A stretch of 64,000 bases of DNA, from NCBI GenBank assembly GCA_977030845.1, contig OZ365113.1:17236001-17300000 (forward strand). Direction: 5' to 3'. A program made the translations under genes and the position numbers. Below, one piece after another: positions 14,701 through 28,100 of the stretch (its first letter is position 1; each line of letters begins with the position of its first letter). This DNA is from Fimbriosthenelais zetlandica. Lineage: Eukaryota. The notes under the pieces are model-generated. The model was not told the origin of the DNA. It searched no databases and was given only the letters and a program-made list of their open reading frames with translations.

Positions 14701-14769
14701 CAGAAGATGGAGGGATGGAACTTCGGTGTCAATGGTTTATGGTTGCATGTTCCCAACCTCCATCTTCTG
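14701..14769. other. 69-nt inverted-repeat hairpin
   Basis: A perfect 13-bp stem (CAGAAGATGGAGG / CCTCCATCTTCTG), a 3x3 internal loop, a further 5 bp (GGAAC/GTTCC) and a 27-nt loop. Confidence 0.6.
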
Positions 14770-15502
14770 ATGTTTATCTAATGACATGCTCCATAGCGCC
14801 TGATCATAGGATTACGTAACTGGGATAAGATAAGGTATTAAGCTCTATGTGTGCCAGTTATGCAGTTGTGCCTGCCTCGATCTTACACGCAATCAATAAA
14901 CAAATGCCATTTATATTTAACATTTGACATTCTCAAAAGGCAAGACTGACTCCCAGATGTTTTACTCTATAGTAACAACTTTTGGGGTTAAGTATAGAAG
15001 AATCGTAGTGCACAAGAATCAAATAAATACCCACCAAAGAACACACTTAATCAATATTTTAGAATAACCCGAGATGAAAGGGCTTTGGTAGTAAACTGAT
15101 GGAATATAATGGTATGCTTCAATGGATATAGTTAGACGTATGGGGTATATTTATACATTATGGACAGGCTTAGTGCTGTGAGCCGCTATACAAACAGCTT
15201 GGCCGCGCCTGTTCTAGTCAACTCAATCAACAAATGCTATAGGGCAGTTATATTGATTGCCGGAGACGTTCTCAAAAAGCAGCCTGACATAGAGGATCCC
15301 GCAGCATCTTAGCGAGGATGAGGGGAGGGGTGGAGCAGAACAGGGGGGTAGCCAGTGGAAAAGGGGATCAACTAAAATGGGCGAGGGCTGGATGTACATG
15401 TCGAATGGATGGGGTATACAGGTGAGGGGATGGGTGAACCTCTTATATAGAGAGAGATAAGGGGTGGTTGGGCCTGGTTGTCTGGATGCATGTGTTGGGT
15501 AA

Positions 15503-15527
15503 ATGGATGGATAGATGGGTGGATGGA
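15503..15527 (+). repeat. Degenerate (GGAT/GATA)n microsatellite
   Basis: atggatggatagatgggtggatgga. Confidence 0.7.
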
Positions 15528-16376
15528 CAGAAAGATATGAAGCCAACAATATATCATTAAAGATAGTTGGATAAAAGGGATGAAAATTCGTGATTACTTC
15601 TGTGAGGATTTTAATTTAATCAGGTGAATAGATCTAAGTAAATAGATGTAAACGATAGATCTTACGTAAATTTGGTTTGATATATTAACATGTTTATATT
15701 AATGAAGACACTTTAAAATGTCAGATCACCTTTGGTATATGTTTTATATTGTTGCCTCACTGAGCCAGAAATAATGGCCTGTTTGCATCGAAGGGCGCAA
15801 CTTTAATATTGCAAGCCTAATTAAAATTTAATTAGCAACCTAACACCTAGCCTCACTAAGACGGATGGGTGAAGGGATGGATGGGAAGAAAGGTGTTGAG
15901 AGAAAGAGTAAGGTGAGGAAAACACGCAGAAGTCAAGAATATAAGGGATTGAGATCCCGAGGGGAGGGGGCAAAGGTGTGAAGATATTGACAAACGGTTA
16001 CAGAGGCCTTGAGTAAAAATAGCCCACACTAGCAGCCCGTCAAGCGACGAGTTCATCCTAAATGTTCAGTCTTTTAGTTATTAGAAGGTTTATCAGTTAG
16101 TATTGTCAGTTGCAGTGCGGAGATATGACCGTGTTCCGGCATGATGCTTATCCAATTTACAAAGATTATGCTGGTGAGCACAACTATGTGCTAATGTCCT
16201 GATCAGAGTTAAAGACTAGTTCCATATTTTATTTGAAGATATTGAGATAGGAGGATGGGAACCAATGATTACGGCAAACATCAATAAATTCACGAGATAA
16301 AACGGGATATCAAAATGAGGAGAGAAGGGCGAAAATTCACACGAGTGTAGGATATTAATGGTGCTTAACCCTTTCG

Positions 16377-16467
16377 AGGCGCGTATTGCCTCAAGGCATT
16401 CCCGTACTATAGGCGCGTATTGCCTCAAGGCATTCCCGTGCTATAGGCGCGTATTGCCTCAAGGCAT
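16377..16467 (+). repeat. 34-bp tandem repeat (2.7 copies) at the left end of the piggyBac-type element
   Basis: The unit aggcgcgtattgcctcaaggcattcccgtRctat lies at 16377-16410, 16411-16444 and partially at 16445-16467. Each copy has the palindromic core TGCCT-CA-AGGCA. Confidence 0.95.
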
Positions 16468-16827
16468 CATGCGACAGGGATTTTTTCAGGTTTTTGACAC
16501 ACTGAGTTACCTTTAAAAACATTTCTTTCACTTTCATATCAGCTATATTATTATTCACCTTGATCCACTCAATCTAACAAGGTAAATAGTATATCAGTGC
16601 CATATTCCTGAAAAAAGCTAGGGCCCGACGAACTTTCAGAATTTTTACAAAAAATTAGCCACCTTTATCATAATATTTACGGGAAAATGCAAAAAAACAT
16701 GTTAAAAGTATTTTTAAAAATCTTGAAACCCCCTCTATGATTTTTTCCCGCCAATTCAAATATATTATTTTTGGCCCAAAATATTAATTTGGAAATTTGG
16801 AAAAATAAAAGATTTATGTGTTTAATT

Positions 16828-16841
16828 GTTACCATGGAAAC
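16828..16841. promoter_or_regulatory. RFX X-box-like motif inside the piggyBac-type element
   Basis: GTTACCATGGAAAC is one mismatch from GTTRCCATGGYAAC. Sequence match only, with no functional evidence. Confidence 0.45.
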
Positions 16842-18824
16842 GGTCAGAAAGCGAAATTCTGAAATATCACTAAATTCCCTAAGAAAATAATCTGACCTTC
16901 TGAATAAACTTTACTTTGTATAAATTGGATCAGAAATAAGGAAACTGTGAAAGAATACATATATTATTCATTTTCCTCAAGTAATATGTTTCACAACTTT
17001 AGACTCCCTTTTCCCATGTATATCTCAAGTACCAGGGAAATCAGTATTCCCAAACAAAATCGAGATCACCCAATCTACAAGGCGGTATCTCAGCTTCTAC
17101 TTGGAATTTTGAGACAAGGTTTATACCAAAATGTTGCAAATTTCTCGTTCTATATTGATCAAAAACAGTTAATAATAAATAAATACATTCCCCGTCCACT
17201 CAATGGCAGCATTAATGCATTCGTCGTTCACTGCATTGAAGCATTAAATGCATTGCCCGCCTCGAAAGGGTTAAGGCATGATGGAGGAGGCGATGACAGC
17301 CATTGATAAGGGAATCATCCAAGGATGTCAGTCGATGATTAGTCAGCAAACTTCCAGTCTATCTGACAGATATCCCTATCTGCCAGATGTATGTCTGTCA
17401 GGATGGGCTTCATATACCACATTAACCACCACTGTCAATGTCAATCGAGCAAATACATATGGCAGATTTTGTGACAGTAAAAATGAAATATATAATACCA
17501 GAATTAAAATTCACTTTGATACTGTCCATTATTATGTGTGTAATATTTATTAGAGATTTCTTCACATTGATTTGGTTGGAAAGCAGTGTGCAGTGTCATT
17601 GCTCCTGAACTGACATCAAGGCATCCTTCTCAGTATAGCCCTTGACATAGCACCTCACCAGCCCCAACTCACTGGTATCGTTTGGAATGAAGGTAGACTC
17701 CCTGCTGTCAGTACCTAACCCATGCTTCTACATACACGCACACACGCTGACACATGTATAATGTTCTTGTGAGGGTTCAATGCGTGTAGGTGTTAAGTAA
17801 CGCCCGAGGTGCATGGATACATCAATCATAACGATTTCTCTCCTTCAGATGTGTTTAATGTGCTTAATTGTGCATACATATGCAAAAGTCGAGCTAGTGC
17901 TAGCGTGGGTCTACATAGTCTCTGCAGGTGAATGCATAAATAGCTCTTTAATTCCAAAGCCGAGCAGTAGGAAGAGTATGGATGGAGAAGAGGGGAGAAA
18001 GAAGGGTATGAGGAAGCATGGGAGTAAGAGGCCAAATCTCCCTAATGTACCCCAGCATACGATCAGTAATCCCATATTAAGTGATTAATGCTATAGCTTA
18101 ATCGCTCTCCTGATATTAAATCCGCCAGGGGCTCAACAAATTCTGCCCCTGATTCGCTGGCCTTTGAGATGCTGAGTACACGAATGCAAATCACAGCTGA
18201 GGGCAGTTAGCTTGACAGGAGGGAGCTTTTAATTTCTCTAGGCAATAAGATGGGGGAAATAATTACTCACGAAATTGCATATTGCAGGAATTGCTTTTGT
18301 GAGGGCAATTTATTGATTCATTCCCTCAACGTATATGCAGTCGATCCCGTAGATTCCGAAGCTCCCTTTGTTCAATTCAACATATAAGTATTTCCATTGT
18401 TAAATATACATGAACATGCAGTTTGGTGTTGGTGGATGCTACCAATGGTAGCAGATGTAGGGATGGTAAAAGAGATGGACAAGAAGCAGGTGAAGACCAG
18501 CGAGAGTGCGCTAGTGTCAACCTATTAGAGATTCATTCCTCGCCACAGTTAACCCTGGATCATTTAAGCATACCACCAATGGAATCTGAATATAGACAAA
18601 GGGAGAATAAGATAGACGTAATATAGAGGAAATTGGCAGTGCCATACCCTCCCACATGCAGTCCTCCTTTGAGGCTGACTTACAAACGTTGCATCCATAT
18701 GGTGTACATGTCATTCAATTCATGAGGAACATCAACAACAGCACACCAACACAAACGATCTACTTTTTACTTTTGGGTTTGTATTTATACAATATCTCCA
18801 ATAACCTTTTAACCTAGGAAATAC

Positions 18825-18983
18825 CAATTGCACTGAATTTTGTATGCCAATGTATCCATGAAAATATCATTGGGAACTCAGAATATTATTAGATTCAATT
18901 ATTAGATCAATTGCTCTGCATTTTTTTATGCCAATGTATCCATGAAAATATCATTGGGAACTCAGAATATTATTAGATTCAAT
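18825..18983 (+). repeat. Tandem duplication, period ~84 bp
   Basis: A 57-bp perfect repeat (tatgccaatgtatcc...attagattcaat) lies at 18843-18899 and 18927-18983. Diverged similarity extends upstream (caattgcactgaattt vs caattgctctgcattt). Confidence 0.92.
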
Positions 18984-19621
18984 GATCATTGTTTTTCGCC
19001 ATCTAACCTCTACCTCGGTCTATATAGACCAACTCTTGCTAGTCGCCAGTGTTCAATAATCTAATGATAGACTGCGCATGCAGCACGCTGCACCGAGATT
19101 CTCATGAAGAGAGGAATGAGACACGGAAAAACTCTACCTTCCTCTCTCTTCCTCCTGCCACAAACTCCAGCCTCCTAACAACATACACATAGAGGTGCCA
19201 CTGATAACTATCTTTGCAAGAATCGGCAGACTTTCTTTTGCTTCTTTTTTTTTGTTTGCACCTACCTTCGCTAAAAAGCAGCTCACGACCGGGAAATCGG
19301 GACGGATGTCTGCACAGGAGAAAACAACTTCTTCTGCCCCCTTGGGAGGTGCTGGAGAGGCAGAGAGATATTGGTTAAGGTGTATCACTTGAAGTTGTGA
19401 CCGTGGAGTGCTGGAGAAGAGAAAGAACACGACAAACAAGAGCAAAACAAGGTAGTAAGTGCCAAGATTGGATGGGAGTATAGTAGCATTCCATTAAAAA
19501 TGCCAGGGTTGGACTGTTGGAGTTGTGGTATATGGGGGAATTGTGGTGGAAGGCTGGAGGAACCTACTGCCATGGAGGAACGTGCTGGAAGGTAACACAC
19601 AGGAGCACGCTAGCGAGGAGG

Positions 19622-19694
19622 CACCACCACCACCGCCTACTCCCATCCTCCATGGTGGAAAGGTGGAACCACCAAACCCACCACCACCACCACC
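19622..19694 (+). repeat. (CCA)n low-complexity tract
   Basis: Two CCA runs (caccaccaccaccg and cccaccaccaccaccacc). They explain the Pro/His/Trp-rich spurious ORFs at 19517-19870. Confidence 0.8.
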
Positions 19695-22108
19695 TTCCTT
19701 CCTTACCTCCTTTCTTCAGGCAGAAGATCAAATCACAACAGCCACTGAGGAAAGGGACCAACTTTCTCATTAGGCCTACTCTAAACAAAATTGTGTTTAA
19801 TATTTTAATTATTATTATTAGAACTGTCAATGTCTCCCACAGGCAACCCTCATTGTGGAGAATGTACTGAGAGAAAAGGCCCAGTGACCATCACCACCAC
19901 CTGAACCTAACGCGTGGGAGAGGTGCCAGTCACTGCATGCTCTCATTGTCTCACATATATAAAAGTCCCATTGTATTTTTCATATCATAATTCGTATGCT
20001 TACCCGGATCCGACCTTGCCCGGTGTGTACTTGCTTACTGGAGATGTAGCTCTAGACTGTAAGACCAGCCAGGCTCTCATTATACCAGCTCCACTGGACG
20101 ACCATCTGGCATAACGTAGCAAGGGGCATTAACCTCCATTAAATGGAAAAGATGGAGGCTGAGAGGTAGGTATCACAGACGTGTCTGGCTTTGGTTTTGT
20201 TTGACCAGTCTAAAAATCAAACCAATCAACCCAATTAAACTGCCGGCTCATGGACAGCAGCAAGCATTATGCTTATAATTAAGGCAGTGGGCTGTATAAG
20301 CGATTGCCTCACGATTATACGAGGGGAATGACATGCTCTCCCATCCTCATACATAGGCTATGAAGGAATGAGAAGCTGGGGTATATAGATAGAGACAGGT
20401 GCTTCCCAGTATCTATAACAGCCTCTCACAGAGCGAGCTCTACACATCTCCTTATCTTAACCACCAGTGTAGCACCTGCTATAGGAGATACAGACACATA
20501 CAACCCATGTTCCCCTCTCCCCGTATAGTGCCAATGTCAAGACAGCCTGGACACACTACACCTTCCAACATAGCCCGGTCTTGTCCCCGATAGAGATAGC
20601 AAGAGTAGTATATGAAAAAGGCATTATGTTTCATCACCACATCGCAGGCTGGTTACTGATAAAAAAAAATGAAAAGAAATGAAATGAAATTTAACAAATG
20701 AGTGAATCCTCTAGTATGTATACTACAGGGGTTATAGGGAGATTTCCTCTATGTTTTCAATATGATCTAGATAAAATATTCTATCCTCGATCATAACTTG
20801 ACAGGTCTATACAAATATTTTTTGGTTTGCAAACTGCAGTGTATGCCCTCAGAAATTCTCGGAATTCAGGGAAACTAAATTATGAAGCATCATATTGAAT
20901 TTTTTTTCAATTGAATAAGGGAGCAGCTGTGGCTTGATTTATTTGCCTATAATGAAGGTGTTGTGTTGTCAAAGTGTGCAAACTTGTCTGATATACACGT
21001 ACAAGCTAGGCTGCTATGGCAATCATTTAAGAGCCGTGCAGTCAGTATGCGGGTGCAAGCTGAATTGTTATCACTATGTATACGTCATGTTCCTAGAATA
21101 AATTATGATAGTTTAACAGCAGTCCAAAATTACAAACTGAAGGCTGGCGCATCAGGATGCCCGGGCTGACAAAGGCCTATGGTTGATTTAAGCTTTGAAT
21201 CCCCCATGATTCCCGCTGCTCCCCAGTTGCCACAAACTGGTTCAGATGTTTAAACAATATTCTGGTTTCTACCATTGTTGTGAGTTTAACTATCTAAATA
21301 CACAAGCAGTACGCCATTATTTTCCCTCACTTCTCTTGATTTAGATATCTTCCTTCACTTTTTCATATCCTTCCTTTTTTAGTATAGGCCTGTAGATATT
21401 GTTTTCCTTTCACTACTCGCCCATTTTCCCTGCCAGTTCCCTTCCTCTCTCAACCTGTGTCAGTTAAACGGGCACATAATTCGTTGGTTGTCAACAAGCC
21501 AGAACCATCGGATTTAGTCAGTCCCATAAATGCCTCATATGGCCATCCAATTTGCTTGCATTGAGTCCATCCACTTGATATGAATCTATGACATAATACG
21601 GCTAGCTGCTTTCTCTCAACTACCATTTCTCTATTAGATAAGTACATATATATCAGATGAGCAATCCATTTATAGGTTTCCTGCACAGCAGAGTTTTCAC
21701 AATGCACAACCGGCATCATAATGATGCAATGCTTCATGTATTTAAGCTGAGAACACAATGCATTTTCCAGTTATATATGGGTGCATATATGGTTCATACG
21801 AATATATCGGAATTCAGAAAGGATGAATATAATATAGGGCCTACAACAATGTTTAACCTTTATATAGCTACTCAAGTTGTTATATATCATTTGATATTTT
21901 CACATACTGATCGATCCCTCAGGGCATAGTTATGCAACTGAGATCGCTATCAGTGTTTCATGAATAAATACACAAGTATGTAAACCTAATTACGTGTATT
22001 CAGGGAAAAGATTCAAGGAAAATGACCATTGAAAGCTAGTGTGGGTGGCTTATCTTAAGGATTGATCAATTAATCATACGTCTGGTCTGTTAAACAACAT
22101 AGAAGGCC

Positions 22109-22146
22109 TAAGTACAATAGCATGTACTAAGTACAATAGCATGTAC
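22109..22146 (+). repeat. 19-bp perfect tandem duplication
   Basis: taagtacaatagcatgtac occurs twice (22109-22127 and 22128-22146). Confidence 0.9.
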
Positions 22147-25100
22147 TCTCTTACTCTTCACAAATATATAACATCAGAAATTTAAAGGCATTCTAGTATA
22201 ATTTACAAAACAAGTAATGACGATTTTGGGAACAATTACCACCCACAGCATTCTCATCGAGATTCTTCTCAACCGAAATCAAAATATAGGAGGACGTTTT
22301 TAAAGATCAGGCAAATATGATTAGTTGATTCTAAAATATTTACATTGCAGTGCCCATGTATTCCGCGAGTGCATTAAAGAGTTAATGATATCTCATAATT
22401 TGATACGGTCAGCCTAGGTAAATTGTGATAGTGACCTTGGCTGTATGACCCAATGGACATTACTCGATATGTGGAATATATCCAGAGTAATAGCATGTGG
22501 GCACAAGAGCACAAAATCAATTTCGATGAGAGGGATGAGAGGCACGTGATAAGACATATAGACTTGTATACACCGGGGAGATTCAGTCTTCTCGTATCAA
22601 GATGATTCCCCTTCCACAGCGACTAACGTGTTATTATGCAGAAATCTGCAGTATAATCCCTATTAAAAATGTTACATCGTCAGGTAAAGAGATCAAATCT
22701 CACGAGGAGACTTTCTCTGCAGATTGGATCGGTTTGGATTTTTAGGGACAGGACTGCATCCCCTCGGTGTAGGCAGTCCTCTCGGTGTAGACCTAATACT
22801 TTCCGATGCAAATTAGATACATCAGTGGCATGTTGCACTCTCATTTTTGAATGGAAGTAACTAGGCCATAATTATCGCCTACATTAAGACGTCGGCGGAC
22901 AGATCAAGGGTAGAGATATTTCCATAGAAAGAGGCTCTAATTTGAGGCTAGTGACAGAGAGGTACATAAGGCTGCTTGAATCCGCCAGCAATCCCCCAGG
23001 GCATTATAATGTCAACCACTTCAAAGAGCCTGAAGAAAGCCGGCTTTGAATTCTCTTTGAGAATCTTTAATATTGTTCCAATGGAAAATACCTGAAGAAA
23101 GTCGAGGAGGGGGAAACCCCGGGGTCCTGATGGTAGGAAATCATGCATGTGAGCTTACTGCCAAGTGGTGCTCTATTGTGACGCTATTATCTCATGCCCA
23201 CTGTAGGCTATAGATTTGCTCCAGTCCAATGCATTTCTCATATAGCAGGCTTGGAGTATGTGGTTATTGGCGTTCAGCAAGACGAACCATTCGCCTTTTG
23301 TTGTCTTGATTGCCTTGGGACATCCACTGGGGTCTCGTGTGGATTTATGCTGAAGCAAGCAACCTCACCCCACTTTGCAAGATGACGATGTCCATAAATA
23401 CCAAACCGCAAGCATCTACAGCACTTTATTTATCCATCCCCCATATAGCTCGGCATTAACCGCCTCCAAAGAGTGGTTGTCATACATTTCAGCTTCAACG
23501 AGTAAGCTACATCAGTATCACTATTATACCCTTGAATCATAACTCCAGAACCTATCTGTTTGAACTGTATAAAAATCCATCATTTCTGAAAATTGGATGA
23601 CAATTTCAGATAGCAAACTGAGAAAACAGGCACCGTGCAAAACTTTTTCCCTTGCTTCTTAAATGAAAAATAAAGAATCTTATGCAGGGTTCTGACGTAG
23701 GTGAGGGTCTGATTTGCGGAGTATGATTCATGTGGCTGTCAGAATAAGAGAGCTATTCTCTGCCTGTAATAGCCTGTGCTTAATGGACCTTGGACAGCAA
23801 TGTGTAAAAGAGACTATCCTACGGATGCAGGTCATTAAGCTGCTACATATACGTAGTCCTAGGTACTCCCACAAAGGAATCTATGGTGAAAATGGGCATA
23901 TTTGTCCATGGTGCTTTACTACATCTAGTATATGACATCTAACACACGAGAGGTCAATGATGATTCCGAGAAGGTGTTACTCATCCTATAGAGACCAATA
24001 TATCGGTCAAGGTAAAAAGAAACCCCAAGTTGGGACCTGATCCTATCTATAAACCCATGATGGGAATCTAAGCCCCTGAAGGGCTAGCTGCTGCTTGAAG
24101 ATATTGCCATCTAACTGCTGACCTCCCCCATAGACATCATCAGAGAGACTGGTCACCCGGTAGGCAACAAATCTTTTGCTATAAATCTGTTTTCTTGCTC
24201 AGCCATTTTCTCATGTGAGATTTAGAAGATTTGTGAACTTGAGTGTTCATAATTCTGGCCATTGTATAACCATAGACTAAAGCGTTGTTATACAATCAGG
24301 CATAATTGGTCAAACATTATGTTAACATGAATTCCCGCTTTTATCCCTCCTACTTTTCCATAAAGGCACCCACTCACTCTTTCCATTGTATATCTGTCTC
24401 TATTAATGTGATAAAATTCACAGTGAATATTTTAATATTATAGACAGAGCTATGGTTGGGTGTATAAGTGCCCAGGGCAGCTGAAGCTATGTACAGTATA
24501 GCATCTAGGACTGCTGATCTGCATGCCTTAGAGACCATCTGCATCCCGGGGAATGAGGGAGCACCCAAGGCCAGTAGGACCGCATGTGACAGCGAACGCC
24601 ATCTATTCTCTCCCGGCTAGCAATAATTACTCCGGCCACACCTCTGAGTGATCACAAAGCCTTCTTAATGTGGACGTGACACATTAATTATAACAACACC
24701 CTCACCTTTCACCCACAATCTCTGCCCTCCAAACCCCCATTTCTCAGTGACACCAGCTACTACAATGCTGTAATTTAAAGACTATTCAGTAGATGGATCG
24801 TGCCAGCACCAGAATGCTTGTGCTCGATAAAACAGGCTACTTTATTTTATTACCTTCCCTATGTGACCTAATATCAGGCCACTCTTATATTCATGCCATG
24901 CTATACACCTATAAGTTCATCCGACTTATGATTACCTTCATTTTGAAATACTTATACTTATTGGTCTTTTTGATCATGCATTATGTATCGAGTCAGAATT
25001 ATATTCTAATTTTGTCTTCGGTAAAATTCTTTCCACATATATATTTTGCAATATTTAACAGTGTGTCAAGTCAAGTGTCTCCTTGAATCAACATTGCACC

Positions 25101-28100
25101 TTAAAAGCCCTTGCTGCTGCATAATCCCCTCCTCCAAAAGATCCTTGGGCAATTCTAGTCTAGAAAATCGTGCTTTCTTATTCTTCAGGCATCACATGTC
25201 TTAGGCTTTGAGAGGGGAGCTCTCTTCCCTCCTTCAACATGCGATGGACAAATTTAGGTATAGAAGTTAAGAAGGGCCTTTTTTGCACTATATAGGCATC
25301 ATGAAACTATCATATCGCATATATATACACACAGCAGGTCTGAAATAGCCGAAACATAAATCTCATAGCATGCCTGCATATAAAGGCCCATTTCATAACA
25401 ATGTTGCACATGGACGTGTTACTCTATGGCTAATGTAGTGCATGCGTCACCATTATGAAACAGGCTACTCTTGTAATATGAAAAGCATCGTCCAATATAT
25501 GTGCGTCATGTAGTATAGCCCAAAGGCATTTGCACAATGAAATCACATCTAATGCAGAGCGTAAAACTGAGCAAGCTGTGGTGAATTTCTTCTGGGAATG
25601 TCTCATCTTCCTGTCTGTGGTCTTTTTCTTGTTTCTATGTGACGCTTGCGGAGTGAGGTGCATTCCATTATGAATCCCAGCGATAGGTGATGGCCGACAA
25701 GAATAGCAACTACTCTCTGATATTCCTCCAACTGGAAACTTGTCTTCCATATATATTTTTTTTCCGCAAGTACAATCATATGCCTACTGCAAATACCAGC
25801 CGTTAGTGATATATACTTATACGACCAGTTCATCAATATGTCATCCAAGTATATTCTTTTGATCCATAACTTGAAATGCAATTCCTCTTGAGATTTTCTG
25901 TTATTATTTGGATGAAGAAAGGAGTGACATGATGAAGCGAGTTCCATTTTCCAATCAAACATGGCTAAAATGATGCTTCAGGTTCCAATGGATGTGTCAT
26001 GCACTGGCCGCAAGAGGAGGAAATTTTGCCAGAGAAGCGGAGCCTCCTACGTGCCCCTACCTCCTCACTCTCTGCTGTACTGGTCCAGATAATCTAATAT
26101 AGAACACTCACTAAAATGTACATTTGCTCGTTCAGAATTCACCTGGGCACGAACAAACTCTGTTCCTACAAAGCTTTTTTTATCTTCTGTCCGTGCATAT
26201 ATAGGATCTTTCCAGTCTGCTGGCGGTGTATGTTAGGGCTCCGTGTCTACTGATTCTTGCTGAGCTTCTTATGCCGCCTCCTTGTCTTGTCCTAAAGTTT
26301 TTTTTGTTTGATGTATTCGATATTGAGCGTTGTTGTCTTCATATATCTATACAAATTATAGATGATGAGTTTGTAATTTCCATAGTTCTATTGATAAAGG
26401 GATATCCAGGCTATTTCCACAGGTAATCAATAAATCAGGAATTCAAAACAAATTAAGTCATTTTCTGAGGTCAGTAGGTGATTTATCAGTGCTAAAACCA
26501 GCAAATAACCCTCAGTGGCTTCCACATATAGGGAGGATAATATTCACCAGCTGAATTAGCTGTGGAGGTCTGTTTTCTGTACATTGGAGGAACTGTTGAG
26601 GAACTGTTGCCTGTCGGTCACAACGCTGGGTTAATGTTGTTTTAGCCAGGTTTAATCCCTGTCATAAATGGACTGTTTTTATGTTAGAAGTTCGTGATTG
26701 TGGGTAATCGTTTGGAGAACATCATAGATGGCGTGTTGGCCTCGTCAGGAGGGGGAGCTGAGGCAGCCTTGAGATCAGCAGGTCAGGCTAGGCACCCTAT
26801 ACCGGCTCCTATTTCTGAAGGTTCGATGCCATCCATTAACAATTTGGACAAACCCTTCTGCATGCCATTATTATATTAGGTGCAATGTCAGCCGGTGATT
26901 ATAATGTAGGGAATTAATTACCTCCAAGCAATGCATCTTTTTTGTCTAGTCTAGTTCTCGAACTTTCACATAGAAATGAAGTTATTGCTATCCTGAAAGT
27001 TTAATTCAGAGCTCATGATTCAGCTATTCAAAGATAACTTTGTATCTTTCATTTTCTATTTAAAGTATATTATATAGAAAGATAATGCCTTTCAGCCTCG
27101 ATAAGGGACTCACTTCATTCACCTGGACCTATCTTTTTGTTAGAAATAATAATTGTTTCACAAAGACAGGCCAGAATAAGTGTACGCAAAGGACATGAAT
27201 GTACAAGCAGATGGACTCCTTGATTCCAGGAAGTTATTTTATGATGCTTTGCTCTGATGTGAGAGCAGGAAGTACGTCCATGTTAATTTGGCCCATCATT
27301 AACTCTTGAGGCAAGATTCCATGCAACAAGTAGTCTTAAAAAAGCCTTAATTTACTCCACTCTGGAGTTTTTCTCAAGCTGATAAAGTTAGCATGGATTT
27401 ATCTCATCTTTGTTGCCTGCTAATATGGTAAAAAAGACAGAAAAGCTGTGAATAGGCGATTCAGTGTTTGAGTGTTGAATGAGCTACCATATGATGCAGG
27501 GCAGCAGCAGGTTGGGGTTATTTTAAGATCCTGATAGATTATTAATCGGGATTGATAGGAGCCTGGTGAGATGAGGGCTGATATGGCACGCCATTTGTCG
27601 TGCAATGCCACCATTTCACCTCCGGAAATGACAAACCAATTTTTTCTAACCGACATTCTGAATCATATCTGATTTTTGGTTATTGTTGCCATAGAGTTGC
27701 TGGAAGTTAGAAATTATAACCAATAGTTGTTGTGGTAAGAAAATTACAAATACATGTACGTGCAAAAGCTCAGATGATACTACCAATTCATGAAGTTGGT
27801 CCGCAAAACATAAAAAGGAATAATAACCACAGAGCAGGCAATTGAAAAATTATGAACATGATAATCCGCAGTTTAACGATTTCCTCGCGAAGAAAGAGGG
27901 TTTTAATGCATTTTGACAAATGCTAACATGACGTCACTAAACGCTCGTACGGTCGTGTTAGTGGGCTTCCACGTGCCAAATGCAATGGAAGGCACCATGT
28001 TTGATTGCTTGGCGTCCCCTGTGTATTTGCACGGCAGCCATGTTGGGTTCCAAAGCTAATGTCTGGCTTGCATTGTACACAGACACCATACTTATACCAA

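Larger units (their letters stand above)
16369..17270. mobile_element. Non-autonomous piggyBac-type DNA transposon (MITE), 902 bp
   Basis: TTAA at 16365-16368 and 17271-17274 flanks perfect 13-bp TIRs: CCCTTTCGAGGCG (16369-16381) and CGCCTCGAAAGGG (17258-17270). The interior is AT-rich and shows no transposase motif. TTAA target duplication with CCC...GGG ends is the piggyBac hallmark. Confidence 0.9.

Noticed and set aside
16377-16467. 34-bp palindromic repeats as a CRISPR array
   Set aside because: The units are head-to-tail with no unique spacers, lie inside transposon TIRs in animal DNA, and have no cas genes nearby.
19517-19870. Pro-, His- and Trp-rich ORFs
   Set aside because: They are products of the (CCA)n tract read in different frames.
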